Virus record (IMG/VR): IMGVR_UViG_3300033571_005398
Span: 54,761 to 74,760 of that record
DNA: 20,000 nucleotides
Source of the DNA: an uncultured virus (IMG/VR IMGVR_UViG_3300033571_005398)
Taxonomy: Duplodnaviria > Heunggongvirae > Uroviricota > Caudoviricetes
Direction: 5' to 3' (one strand)
Below, in pieces: positions 9,643-16,558 of the stretch (positions within the stretch are counted from its first letter, which is position 1; each line of letters starts with the position of its first letter). A program made the translations under genes and the position numbers. The notes under the pieces were generated by a model. The model did not search any database. It had not been told where the DNA came from and was given only the letters and a program-made list of their open reading frames with translations.

Positions 9643-9874
9643 ACTTGGCCCGCTTCTTCAATTCCTGCGTAATTGCGTACAACGCCTCAGCCCCAAGGTC
9701 AGCCTCATCCAAAAGAAACCCTTCTTTTGTCTTCATCCACCCGGTAACGTTTTTGCCAATTACAAACAGGGAGTTTTCAGCCCAAGTCACCAGTTCTGGA
9801 GTAGATATCATACCAACTCTCTTCTGGAGCTTGGTCTGGGGCTGGGACCCATCCTTTTTCTTCTGAAAAATCAT
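9635..9874 (-). CDS. Hypothetical small helical protein directly upstream of terL
   Basis: 79 aa; its stop overlaps the terL start by 8 nt. Confidence 0.65.
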   Translation of the reverse strand: MIFQKKKDGSQPQTKLQKRVGMISTPELVTWAENSLFVIGKNVTGWMKTKEGFLLDEADLGAEALYAITQELKKRAKYD

Positions 9875-10124
9875 CGTCTGTTAACACCCGTCCTTGAATT
9901 GCGTTACTTAATGCGGCCTCTTCAGTTTCCTGACTGCCGGTCCAACGCCCCAATACTAACGCGTTATGAAACGGAAGTCTCACAATAAAGGGCTCTGCGG
10001 TTCTAAAGGGCTCCTCAATCTCCTGAGTCCAGCCGCGGACAACTACTCGCCAGCCCCATTGAGCGCGGTAGTTGCGAAGAAGTTGAGTGAACCGAGTTTT
10101 ACCGATGTTGTGTACTTGAGGCAA
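9777..10124 (-). CDS. Hypothetical protein (likely TTG start at 10124, MPQVHNIGK...)
   Basis: C-terminal part of ORF 9777..10388. The TTG lies 1 nt after the stop of the KTSC gene. Confidence 0.6.
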   Translation of the reverse strand: MPQVHNIGKTRFTQLLRNYRAQWGWRVVVRGWTQEIEEPFRTAEPFIVRLPFHNALVLGRWTGSQETEEAALSNAIQGRVLTDDDFSEEKGWVPAPDQAPEESWYDIYSRTGDLG

Positions 10125-10125
10125 G

Positions 10126-10995
10126 TTATGGCTTTCGTCGTTTTGCGGGGTTCTTGTTTGCAGTAGCAGGATTTTTACCGAAAGTTGCTTTAGGGGAAGT
10201 GCCCTTAGGTTGACGCAGTGGGCGCATCCCTTGATTTCCTGAAAACAGAATTTGGTTGGCACGAGCAACTCTATAGAACAATTCTTGTGCCTGCTGGGAC
10301 AAGTAAGACATTTGTGCATATCCTCGAGGTTTTCGGTCAAGGAATTGCCGGATGTACCGTCCTTTAGATGTGGCCGCCTTAAACCCATCCCACGCTGCTC
10401 GGCCCACGTTGTAGTAGTTGTAAAACGTTCCGTCTCTAAAAATGACGGTCAAAGTTAGCCGGTCAGGGTCATAGCCTGCCGCAATAGTTCGTGGCCGCCG
10501 AGGGTTTGACGTTGATGTCGGGCGTACCGTAATAGCCGCCGGACCTTGGTCATTATCGCGTGGGTCCTTGGCGTAATTGGCATACGTCTGGGGGTTGTAG
10601 TACGTGCCCGCGGTTACGTCGTGCCCGTAGTTTGCCGAATCGGGCTGGTCCGTAAGGACGGCGTAAGCTTCAGTTACAAAGCTCGAGGGACCGTACCTAC
10701 GAAGAGTCCCGCCGTATGTTCGAGTACGGGCAAACTCACCGCCCTGAGCAGCAATTGGCAAAGCAGCTGCAAACGACTCGTCAATAACGTCGGGGTTTAC
10801 TGACGGGTTTTGGCGAGGAACGCCAGTTGGTGTTACGCGGCTAACTCGCCCGATTTGGTATGCCTCTTTAGCACTTCCTCTATCGAATCCATACAGCCTG
10901 TTCCGGGGGTCACCGGCACTGATGGCAGCCATGCGTGCCTCCATCTCAGCTTGTGACGGCCGAGATGGAGGCATGCGTTGAGACGCGTTAGCCAT
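10126..10995 (-). CDS. KTSC-domain protein
   Basis: TIAAGYDPDRLTLTVIFRDGTFYNYYNVGRAAWDGFKAATSKGRYIRQFL matches the KTSC consensus. Long, probably disordered N-terminus. Confidence 0.8.
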   Translation of the reverse strand: MANASQRMPPSRPSQAEMEARMAAISAGDPRNRLYGFDRGSAKEAYQIGRVSRVTPTGVPRQNPSVNPDVIDESFAAALPIAAQGGEFARTRTYGGTLRRYGPSSFVTEAYAVLTDQPDSANYGHDVTAGTYYNPQTYANYAKDPRDNDQGPAAITVRPTSTSNPRRPRTIAAGYDPDRLTLTVIFRDGTFYNYYNVGRAAWDGFKAATSKGRYIRQFLDRKPRGYAQMSYLSQQAQELFYRVARANQILFSGNQGMRPLRQPKGTSPKATFGKNPATANKNPAKRRKP

Positions 10996-11010
10996 TAGCT
11001 ACCTAAGAGA

Positions 11011-11667
11011 CTAAGCAGCCCAAGGCGTGATGGTGATAGCTGCGCCGACTGCAATCGTGTTAGCACCAGCAGCGACCGACTGAGCCTTGATGGTTGCAGC
11101 AGCACCCTTAAGCTGAGTTCCGGGCGTGATAGCTCCCGTGTCAGCAACAGTCCAGCCAGTACCCGAGATAACGAGGGTGCTTCCTGAGCCGCCAGTTACC
11201 GTCCAAGTACCAACGAGTGCTGCGGGGATACCCGTACCAGCCGTAATGGTGACCTTGGTGCCAACTGCCCATGTGTCAGTTCCGCCAGCAACGGTAACCG
11301 TTGCAGCAGTCGTCGTCGTGACGTTAATGCGAGTGGGCTGAGTAGCGGTGTTGGTTGCACCAGCAGCTGTGGTGACCGTAAGCCCATCATCCGTAAGGAT
11401 GCGGCTTGCAAGTGCTGTAGCCACGCCAAGAACGCTAGGAACTACGATGTAGCCCAAGCCTTCAGCACCTGCGGCGTTGGGGGTGTAGATGGGGTAGCCA
11501 TTCCAGCCTTGGTAGGCAATTTCGTGGCTGTCGAGAGTGGCGTCAAGGAGTGCGCCGCCATTTTCAAGTCGTTCGTCATTCGGCTGGAGCGGGATGTTGC
11601 CCCACACGAAATCTACGGCTACGTTACCTGCGTCATCGAGCAGGTTTCCGTTTTCATTTACTGCCAT
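11011..11667 (-). CDS. Probable structural protein with a PASTA-like repeat interrupted by a beta-rich insertion
   Basis: VPSVLGVATALASRILTDDGLTV...IKAQSVAAGA...GAAITIT resembles a PASTA domain; T/A/G-rich. Confidence 0.55.
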   Translation of the reverse strand: MAVNENGNLLDDAGNVAVDFVWGNIPLQPNDERLENGGALLDATLDSHEIAYQGWNGYPIYTPNAAGAEGLGYIVVPSVLGVATALASRILTDDGLTVTTAAGATNTATQPTRINVTTTTAATVTVAGGTDTWAVGTKVTITAGTGIPAALVGTWTVTGGSGSTLVISGTGWTVADTGAITPGTQLKGAAATIKAQSVAAGANTIAVGAAITITPWAA

Positions 11668-11720
11668 AATATTTGTTCTTTCTCTAGAGAGTGGATTGTC
11701 CCCTACGCGTCGGGGAAAGG

Positions 11721-11957
11721 CTAGTCTTCCTTATCACAGTCGTGGTCAGAAAGCTCTGCCTCATATAAAATCGTCCCACAATCCTTGCAACGAAACAGCC
11801 TAACGTCGTCAAGAGCTTCGTGAAGAGAGTCCCCTTGAGAGTCGTCATTATAAACTTTTGGTTGCGCCATAACCTCTGGGGGGAAGGGGCCTCTGGGAGC
11901 ATGCGCCGTTTTAGGAATAGCGTGGCCCTGAATGGCAAACTTACGGATAACAGGCAT
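11721..11957 (-). CDS. Small protein with C-terminal Zn-finger-like motif (likely leaderless start MPVIRKF at 11957)
   Basis: FRCKDCGTILYEAELSDHDC. Upstream TGC-TTATAT lies 6 nt before the ATG. Confidence 0.65.
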   Translation of the reverse strand: MPVIRKFAIQGHAIPKTAHAPRGPFPPEVMAQPKVYNDDSQGDSLHEALDDVRLFRCKDCGTILYEAELSDHDCDKED

Positions 11958-11969
11958 ACCCTCATATAA

Positions 11970-11995
11970 GCACAAAGCCCTCCAAAAGGAGGGCT
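11970..11995 (-). terminator. Hairpin, probable terminator
   Basis: AGCCCTCC-AAAA-GGAGGGCT (11976-11995), followed on the minus strand by TTGTGC. Confidence 0.5.
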
Positions 11996-12014
11996 AAGGC
12001 ATGATGAGACTAAC

Positions 12015-12095
12015 TTACTGGCAAGAATCGCACTGCAGGAGGTCCATTGGGTCAATTGCGACGACATAGCCGTCTACGTTGTCTGTTTCTTTCAT
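12015..12095 (-). CDS. 26-aa peptide ending in CxxCQ, resembling an RNR alpha C-terminal redox tail (not in ORF track)
   Basis: MKETDNVDGYVVAIDPMDLLQCDSCQ*. SD AAGGAG lies 11 nt upstream and a hairpin follows the stop. Confidence 0.7.
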   Translation of the reverse strand: MKETDNVDGYVVAIDPMDLLQCDSCQ

Positions 12096-12110
12096 TTGAT
12101 GGGTATCTCC

Positions 12111-12374
12111 TTAGGGTGTGGGCTCCTCTGCGGGAGCAGTTGTCTCTTCGGCGGGCGCTTCAGAGGGGGCTTCTCCCTTAGACGTCTTCTTTGACGTTTT
12201 GGGGGCAGGCTCTTCAACAGGTGCTTCAACCAGAGGAACCGGCTGAGCGTAGCGTACGTACTCCTCTTTGTATGTAAAAGACGGACGGCACCGAGTGCAG
12301 TACAGCACTTCTTCCGCTCCGGGAGCGGCCCAAACGATGTTGGCTTCGCGAGTGCAGTTGACGCATTTAGACAT
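12111..12374 (-). CDS. Small CxxC-CxxC Zn-binding protein with P/E/A/K-rich tail
   Basis: CVNC...CTRC; SD AAGGAAG. Confidence 0.75.
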   Translation of the reverse strand: MSKCVNCTREANIVWAAPGAEEVLYCTRCRPSFTYKEEYVRYAQPVPLVEAPVEEPAPKTSKKTSKGEAPSEAPAEETTAPAEEPTP

Positions 12375-12406
12375 GGTGGTACTTCCTTAATTGATGTTGG
12401 TGAGAG

Positions 12407-13120
12407 TTACTTAGGTGGCCGAGGCTTGCGAGCTGCGGGAGGCTTAGCTGCCGGAGCTTTAGCTGTGGGAGCCTTGTTACCAGTGGGTTTGGGCGCGGTG
12501 GAGCGTGTGGTGGACTTAGGCGTTGTTGCCTTAGCCCGAGTTGGCGTGGTTGGAGTTGCCGTGCTGTGACCTTGTAAAGATGCCTTGTGCAACTCGTCAA
12601 TGTTCTTTGTACCAATCGGCACAGTAGTCCTAACGGTTCCGCCGTTAGGAAGTTTGTCTACTCTACTCTCTGTCCGCTTAATACGAGGCTTTGCTGCAGG
12701 AGACGCTACTGCTGAAGGCTGTGCATTAGCAGGAGGGGGATTAAATGTTGCAGACGCGTTTTTACTTCCGGTTTTTGCGCTAGACGCCAGCCCACTCTCA
12801 CCGATTCGAAGAATGTTGTTTGTGTTAATATCGGCCATCATGGCTTTAGTGGCAAACTTCATGGCGCCTTTTGCAGCAATCTTGTTCCACTCGGTTTGGG
12901 CGTCTCCGCGAGCATTGGCCGCTGCTTCGTCCATGTGTTCTTTACGGCCTTTAGCAATCTCATCCCGGCGCTTTTCCAATGAACTGCCAAACTTGTTAAG
13001 GACGGAGCCTACAAGTTGTACTCCCCGTTCGACTAGCTCATTCCCCGTGCCATAGTTGTACTCTGCTGGCTTAGCTCCAATAGGGACTTGCTGATTCGGC
13101 ATTGCGAAGTTGTCAGCCAT
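12407..13120 (-). CDS. Hypothetical protein with basic P/A/K/T-rich, histone H1-like tail (likely start MADNFAM at 13120)
   Basis: Start overlaps the upstream stop by 8 nt. Low-complexity C-terminus KAPTAKAPAAKPPAARKPRPPK. Confidence 0.65.
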   Translation of the reverse strand: MADNFAMPNQQVPIGAKPAEYNYGTGNELVERGVQLVGSVLNKFGSSLEKRRDEIAKGRKEHMDEAAANARGDAQTEWNKIAAKGAMKFATKAMMADINTNNILRIGESGLASSAKTGSKNASATFNPPPANAQPSAVASPAAKPRIKRTESRVDKLPNGGTVRTTVPIGTKNIDELHKASLQGHSTATPTTPTRAKATTPKSTTRSTAPKPTGNKAPTAKAPAAKPPAARKPRPPK

Positions 13121-13487
13121 CGTTAAGCTTTTCCTCAATGCGACTCATCTTTTCGTCGCCTTTTCGTAGTCGGTCTTCTATGCGCGCCATGCGCGTCTCG
13201 CCTTCATCAAGCTTACTCTCAATGCGGGCTACTGCGTCCTTCAAAGTGGAGCCAGAATTCTTTTTAAACTCGCCATCAATGTCATTCAGACGCTCCATGA
13301 CACCGGGGGCGTGGTCGCGCCCGGGCTCAGCGTCTTCGCCCTTCCAATCGCGCATAAAGTCATCCCAGCCACTACTAAACGTCTTAAATTTTCGAGCCAT
13401 AGGGAATACCACCGCCGAAAGGACCGCTATCACACAGCTCGTAATGACTGCAATAGAGGTAAGTATGCTTAAGTCGATTGTTATCAT
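13113..13487 (-). CDS. Single-TM membrane protein with coiled coil (DUF2746-like; lysis-cassette type in actinophages)
   Basis: N-terminal hydrophobic helix, motif NSGSTLKDAVARIE and heptad-repeat C-terminus. Confidence 0.6.
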   Translation of the reverse strand: MITIDLSILTSIAVITSCVIAVLSAVVFPMARKFKTFSSGWDDFMRDWKGEDAEPGRDHAPGVMERLNDIDGEFKKNSGSTLKDAVARIESKLDEGETRMARIEDRLRKGDEKMSRIEEKLNDG

Positions 13488-13520
13488 GGCTGAATTTTCC
13501 TAATGGTAGCCGAGGACAGG

Positions 13521-13757
13521 TTACTTGACGCCCCACTGGCGGCGAGCGTTTATTGACCGCCACAGCTCGGAAGCATCGCTTCCTCCGGAGTTATTTCCTC
13601 CGTTGCTGTGCTCGCCCTGAACACCCCGGCCTTGCCCGTTAGACCCAATGATAGATGGTCGTTCTTTCGATTTTGGAAACGATGCCGAAGTAAACTCTAC
13701 GCGTAGGTTTCGTTGCGGAAATGGCAAGACTTGCTTGCGAGGCACCATATAAACCAT
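13521..13757 (-). CDS. Hypothetical protein (probably leaderless)
   Basis: 78 aa; TGT-CATCAT lies 6 nt before the ATG. Confidence 0.6.
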   Translation of the reverse strand: MVYMVPRKQVLPFPQRNLRVEFTSASFPKSKERPSIIGSNGQGRGVQGEHSNGGNNSGGSDASELWRSINARRQWGVK

Positions 13758-13794
13758 GTCTCTATGATGACAAAAAAATGGCTGTTACACAGCC

Positions 13795-14085
13795 TCAGCT
13801 GGCGGCAGTTCCTGACGCGCCGGAGTTTACCCCCGAGGTTGCAGCACCGGCTTCAAGAATAGCCCCAGCCATCTTTGAGTCTGCATCTGGCTGAGCTTGG
13901 TCGCCCTGTGGTGGCGCTGCTGTAGTTATGCCTGAAGTTCCTTGCATAGCGGAAATATACGTGGGGTACCCGTAAAACCAGTACCCTATTCCGGTATACC
14001 CGCGCTCAATGTTTTGACGACCATATCTACGCATCTCGGCCTCGTAGTACGGGGCCAGCTGATTTTGGTCAATGTACGGAAACAC
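13795..14085 (-). CDS. Hypothetical protein
   Basis: 96 aa; its GTG overlaps the upstream stop (TAGTG). Y-rich N-terminus and A/G/S tail. Confidence 0.6.
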   Translation of the reverse strand: MFPYIDQNQLAPYYEAEMRRYGRQNIERGYTGIGYWFYGYPTYISAMQGTSGITTAAPPQGDQAQPDADSKMAGAILEAGAATSGVNSGASGTAAS

Positions 14086-14159
14086 TACTCGTCTTCTTCG
14101 TCGTACTCGTCGTACTCGTCATTTTCGATGACAATAAACTCGTAGTTGTCTTTTTCCAT
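14085..14159 (-). CDS. 24-aa acidic micropeptide (not in ORF track)
   Basis: MEKDNYEFIVIENDEYDEYDEEDE*. SD AGGAG lies 9 nt upstream and the stop is coupled to the next GTG. An alternative ATG is at 14165. Confidence 0.55.
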   Translation of the reverse strand: MEKDNYEFIVIENDEYDEYDEEDE

Positions 14160-14171
14160 TAGCATTTACTC

Positions 14172-14357
14172 CTAGAACCGACGGTGTGCGTTTCCAGCAA
14201 ACTTGTTCTCATCAGTAGTGTCCTCGACATTGCTGCCCTCAAACTCCTGCGTCTGAGTGTCAGGCCCCGAGTATTTAGGGTCATTGCGCTGAGTACCCAG
14301 CATGCCTAGACGCGCGTGTATGGCTCCAAGGCCGAAGTCTTCGTTATTAGCTCCCAT
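14172..14357 (-). CDS. Hypothetical 61-aa protein carrying the MGxNNxDF N-terminal tag (probably leaderless)
   Basis: Begins MGANNEDF; TGT-CAAACT lies 6 nt before the ATG. Confidence 0.7.
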   Translation of the reverse strand: MGANNEDFGLGAIHARLGMLGTQRNDPKYSGPDTQTQEFEGSNVEDTTDENKFAGNAHRRF

Positions 14358-14378
14358 ACATACAGTTTGACAGAAGCT

Positions 14379-14654
14379 TTACTTAAAGTCTGGGTTCAGT
14401 TCCTTCATTTTTGCGACGTACTTATCCCGGGCAGACATGATGAACTCTTCGATTTCCTTGTAACGACGAGCGGCCTGTGTCTCAATAGTTGCCATTTTCT
14501 CATCATCAAGTTCGGCGATGTTCTTTCGGATGGTGGCAAGAGCCTCATCCAAAGAAGCTTTTGCTTTTGCTGCTTGGATTTGCTCGCGCTCCCACACCAT
14601 CTCTACGTGCGCGAGGTTCTTAGCAATCCGCTTTTGCTGGTTCTTTCCGGACAT
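14379..14654 (-). CDS. Hypothetical helical protein (likely start MSGKNQQ at 14654)
   Basis: SD AAGGAG precedes the ATG at 14654; 91 aa, charged and helical. Confidence 0.75.
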   Translation of the reverse strand: MSGKNQQKRIAKNLAHVEMVWEREQIQAAKAKASLDEALATIRKNIAELDDEKMATIETQAARRYKEIEEFIMSARDKYVAKMKELNPDFK

Positions 14655-14656
14655 CG

Positions 14657-15118
14657 TTACTCCTTTATTACGTCTAGGTATTCGGGGCATTGCCATTCCG
14701 CAAAAGCCTGTTCGGCATCTGCATACGACTCGTATTCTGGCGCATTGTACGGATAGATGTACACATGGCCATCTTGTGGCATTACGCGCAACACAACAAG
14801 GCCAGAAGTGCTGTTTGCGGCAACTTCCCAATAGCCAAGGTGATTAACTGCATTTGGGTCCCACAGCATCCAGTTATCTGGGTTTGTAATAGAACCGTTT
14901 ACGTTAGAACACTGCGTCGATAACCCCGCTACAACTGCGCCAATAACGGTTGTTGCAGAAGCCTGTTGTGGAACCGGAGGAGCAGCAGGTGTCTCGAAAG
15001 CTACTGTCACAGTCTCGACAGGGGCTTCGGGTGCAGCGGTGGATACGCCAACGGCACTGCCGATAATCGTGCCAGCGCCAATGATTATGCCTATAAGTGG
15101 TCCGGTCATGGAATTCAT
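14657..15118 (-). CDS. Membrane-anchored or secreted protein
   Basis: N-terminal hydrophobic segment PLIGIIIGAGTIIGSAVGV, P/A/T linker and a two-Cys C-terminal domain. Confidence 0.7.
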   Translation of the reverse strand: MNSMTGPLIGIIIGAGTIIGSAVGVSTAAPEAPVETVTVAFETPAAPPVPQQASATTVIGAVVAGLSTQCSNVNGSITNPDNWMLWDPNAVNHLGYWEVAANSTSGLVVLRVMPQDGHVYIYPYNAPEYESYADAEQAFAEWQCPEYLDVIKE

Positions 15119-15125
15119 GTTGCAT

Positions 15126-15156
15126 AGACTAGCACAGCATTTGCTGATAATGTCAA
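15126..15156 (-). promoter_or_regulatory. Housekeeping sigma-type promoter (TTGACA-N19-TAGTCT, extended -10 TGC), 7 nt before ATG 15118
   Basis: Minus strand reads TTGACATTATCAGCAAATGCTGTGCTAGTCTATGCAACATG. The 19-nt spacer is longer than consensus. Confidence 0.5.
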
Positions 15157-15159
15157 ACT

Positions 15160-15261
15160 ATGGACGCAACCACACTTCTTGGGGTCATTGGTTCTCTGTT
15201 TATTGGTATTGCTATCGGTGTTTCTGTTTGGAAACACAAACACGATAATCACGATAAGTAA
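15160..15261 (+). CDS. 33-aa single-TM micro-protein (not in ORF track)
   Basis: MDATTLLGVIGSLFIGIAIGVSVWKHKHDNHDK*. GATAAT lies 8 nt before the ATG, consistent with a leaderless transcript. Confidence 0.6.
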   Translation: MDATTLLGVIGSLFIGIAIGVSVWKHKHDNHDK

Positions 15262-15317
15262 GTAATCTCTGCTATCCTTTTGATGGCAATACCAACCATC
15301 TACCAAAAGGAATAAAC

Positions 15318-15431
15318 ATGTCTGAAATTGACGAGACCGTAGAGGTCGAGGCTGAAGAGGTCGAGGCTGAAGAGGTCGAAGCTGAAGAGGTCGAAGCTGA
15401 CGAAGACGCCGACGAGGCTGACTCGGAGTAA
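15318..15431 (+). CDS. 37-aa highly acidic micro-protein (not in ORF track)
   Basis: MSEIDETVEVEAEEVEAEEVEAEEVEADEDADEADSE*. SD AAGGA, upstream extended -10 TGC-TATCCT (15270-15278) and a downstream terminator. Confidence 0.75.
   Translation: MSEIDETVEVEAEEVEAEEVEAEEVEADEDADEADSE
15342..15401 (+). repeat. 4 x 15-bp tandem repeat GAGGTCGARGCTGAM encoding EVEAE
   Basis: Read directly; in frame within the acidic ORF. Confidence 0.85.
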
Positions 15432-15441
15432 CTACTTTAAG

Positions 15442-15476
15442 AATAAGGGAGACTTAATTGTCTCCCTTATTTTTTT
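15442..15476 (+). terminator. Intrinsic terminator, possibly bidirectional with the convergent tRNA
   Basis: AATAAGGGAGAC-TTAATT-GTCTCCCTTATT followed by TTTTT. Confidence 0.85.
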
Positions 15477-15477
15477 G

Positions 15478-15550
15478 CTCCCCGACGTGGACTCGAACCA
15501 CGAACCTGCGAGTTAACAGCTCGCTGCTCTGCCAATTGAGCTATCGAGGA
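15478..15550 (-). tRNA. trnN: tRNA-Asn (GTT), CCA not encoded
   Basis: TCCTCGA-TAGCTCAATTGGCAGAGC-A-GCGAG-CTGTTAA-CTCGC-AGGTT-CGTGG-TTCGAGT-CCACG-TCGGGGA-G gives a full cloverleaf with anticodon GTT. Confidence 0.95.
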
Positions 15551-15649
15551 ATAACCCATCCTATCCGCAGCTCACGTTCCAATTCGCTACGGCAGGTGCT
15601 CTAGCCACTCTAGGAACGAGTTGTTGGCCAACACTTTTCGGCGGGTTAT
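15551..15649 (-). ncRNA. Candidate 99-nt structured RNA forming the 5' leader of tRNA-Asn
   Basis: Terminal stem ATAACCC/GGGTTAT, internal stems CCGTAGC/GCTGCGG and CTAG/CTAG, and a possible pseudoknot CGTTCC/GGAACG. It starts 6 nt after a -10-like TATGCT (15661-15656). Confidence 0.5.
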
Positions 15650-15665
15650 AGGTACAGCATACAGG

Positions 15666-15959
15666 CTATTTGCCGACTTTTTCCGCCCACGCTTGGCCGC
15701 TTTTTGTACGTACACTACTGTGCTGTGGTGCCGTAACGCCCAAGGTTTTAGCGTGGTTCCATAGTCCTGTGGCAATTCCCTTGCCTCGGTGCTCTGGGTC
15801 TACCGAGATGTCTTCAACTCGGCCATGCTGCCGATTCCAGCGCATGTACCCAACAACATCTCCCACAGCTGGGTCAAAGGCCTCGAGCTCATGGGAGGTT
15901 GGGTGCGTATCCGTAAAGGTGTATGAGATTCCGTTGAAGTCTGCTTTATTGCGGCCCAT
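15666..15959 (-). CDS. GNAT-family acetyltransferase with MGRNKADF tag
   Basis: Acetyl-CoA-binding motif A ISVDPEHRGKGIATGL. Confidence 0.85.
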   Translation of the reverse strand: MGRNKADFNGISYTFTDTHPTSHELEAFDPAVGDVVGYMRWNRQHGRVEDISVDPEHRGKGIATGLWNHAKTLGVTAPQHSSVRTKSGQAWAEKVGK

Positions 15960-16212
15960 CAGCCAGACCCCTTACCTTGAAGCCGATGCGCGAGTTGTGG
16001 ATACCAAACTCTTTGGCCGCCCCCGAGTGGCGTTGAATGTCCTCGGAAGGCTCTACGTGATAAAGCTTAGAGCCGTAGCTAGCGGCGACTTCACGGTTGG
16101 TGGAAGCCCACGCAACTCCGTCAGTACGTGGTTCTACAAGGTCACCGGGGTTGAGGTCAGCGTCTGTGCCGTGAAACAGCCCTTTGGCAAAATCGTTGTT
16201 GTTTCTACCCAC
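15946..16212 (-). CDS. Arr-like ADP-ribosyltransferase-fold protein with (M)GRNNNDF tag (likely GTG start at 16212)
   Basis: LFHGTDADLNPGDLVEP...AWAST...AASYG...LYHVEP...SRIGFKVRG. SD GAGGA lies 5 nt before the GTG, which overlaps the upstream stop by 8 nt. Confidence 0.7.
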   Translation of the reverse strand: MGRNNNDFAKGLFHGTDADLNPGDLVEPRTDGVAWASTNREVAASYGSKLYHVEPSEDIQRHSGAAKEFGIHNSRIGFKVRGLADGPQ

Positions 16213-16558
16213 GTTGTTCCTCATTATCTGGAGTGATTGTTGTGGGTAGGTAATACCCCTTTGTAGTTTTGGACCAAGCATCGCCTGCTTCAGTACGAAC
16301 GCCAGAGTGCCTAGGGCGCGGAATGTGGGGCGATGATTCTGCCATTACTCGCGCGAAGTCAAACATCCCAGTCGCAATACCTTTACGCCGCCAGTCAGGG
16401 TCAACATAGATGTCGTTAATCTTTCCACCCTGATTAGACCAGTGCAGGTAACCGACACCCTGCCCTTCTCCGGGCTCTTTGGCGGAGACAAAGTGGTCCC
16501 CGTTGAAACGCGAATAGCGAAAGGTAACTCCGTGAAAGTCTGCGTTGTTCCTGCCCAT
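16205..16558 (-). CDS. GNAT-family acetyltransferase with MGRNNADF tag
   Basis: IYVDPDWRRKGIATGM. Paralogue of 15666..15959, sharing VGY.xW and HS.VRT..G.AW. Confidence 0.85.
   Translation of the reverse strand: MGRNNADFHGVTFRYSRFNGDHFVSAKEPGEGQGVGYLHWSNQGGKINDIYVDPDWRRKGIATGMFDFARVMAESSPHIPRPRHSGVRTEAGDAWSKTTKGYYLPTTITPDNEEQRG

Noticed and set aside
430..14923. Many long + strand ORFs in the ORF track (e.g. 430..957, 3876..4559, 4835..5377, 8302..8736, 12585..13055)
   Set aside because: They are antisense shadows of well-supported minus-strand genes, with no SD and no recognisable motifs.
15342..15401. Tandem repeat as a mini-CRISPR array
   Set aside because: The 15-bp units are contiguous with no spacers and are in frame within an ORF.
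15318..15431. Pup (prokaryotic ubiquitin-like protein) mimic
   Set aside because: It is acidic and ends in E, but lacks the C-terminal GGE/GGQ and the Pup helix motif.
15478..15550. tRNA-Asn kept specifically to decode the Asn-Asn tag codons, or used as an integration site
   Set aside because: Adjacency is the only evidence; no integrase or att duplication is visible in the window.
15551..15649. HDV-like theta ribozyme (GCGAATTGGAAC resembles the HDV J4/2-P2 region, next to a tRNA)
   Set aside because: It lies 5' rather than 3' of the tRNA, and the would-be L3 loop (AGTGG) lacks the HDV pyrimidine-rich P1.1 consensus. It is kept only as an unknown ncRNA.
15946..16281. ORF-track starts at 16281, 14831, 13138, 10388, 8003 and 5401
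   Set aside because: These upstream extensions overlap neighbouring genes or regulatory DNA. Downstream starts with SD or stop-start coupling (16212, 14654, 13120, 10124, 7967, 5326) are better supported.
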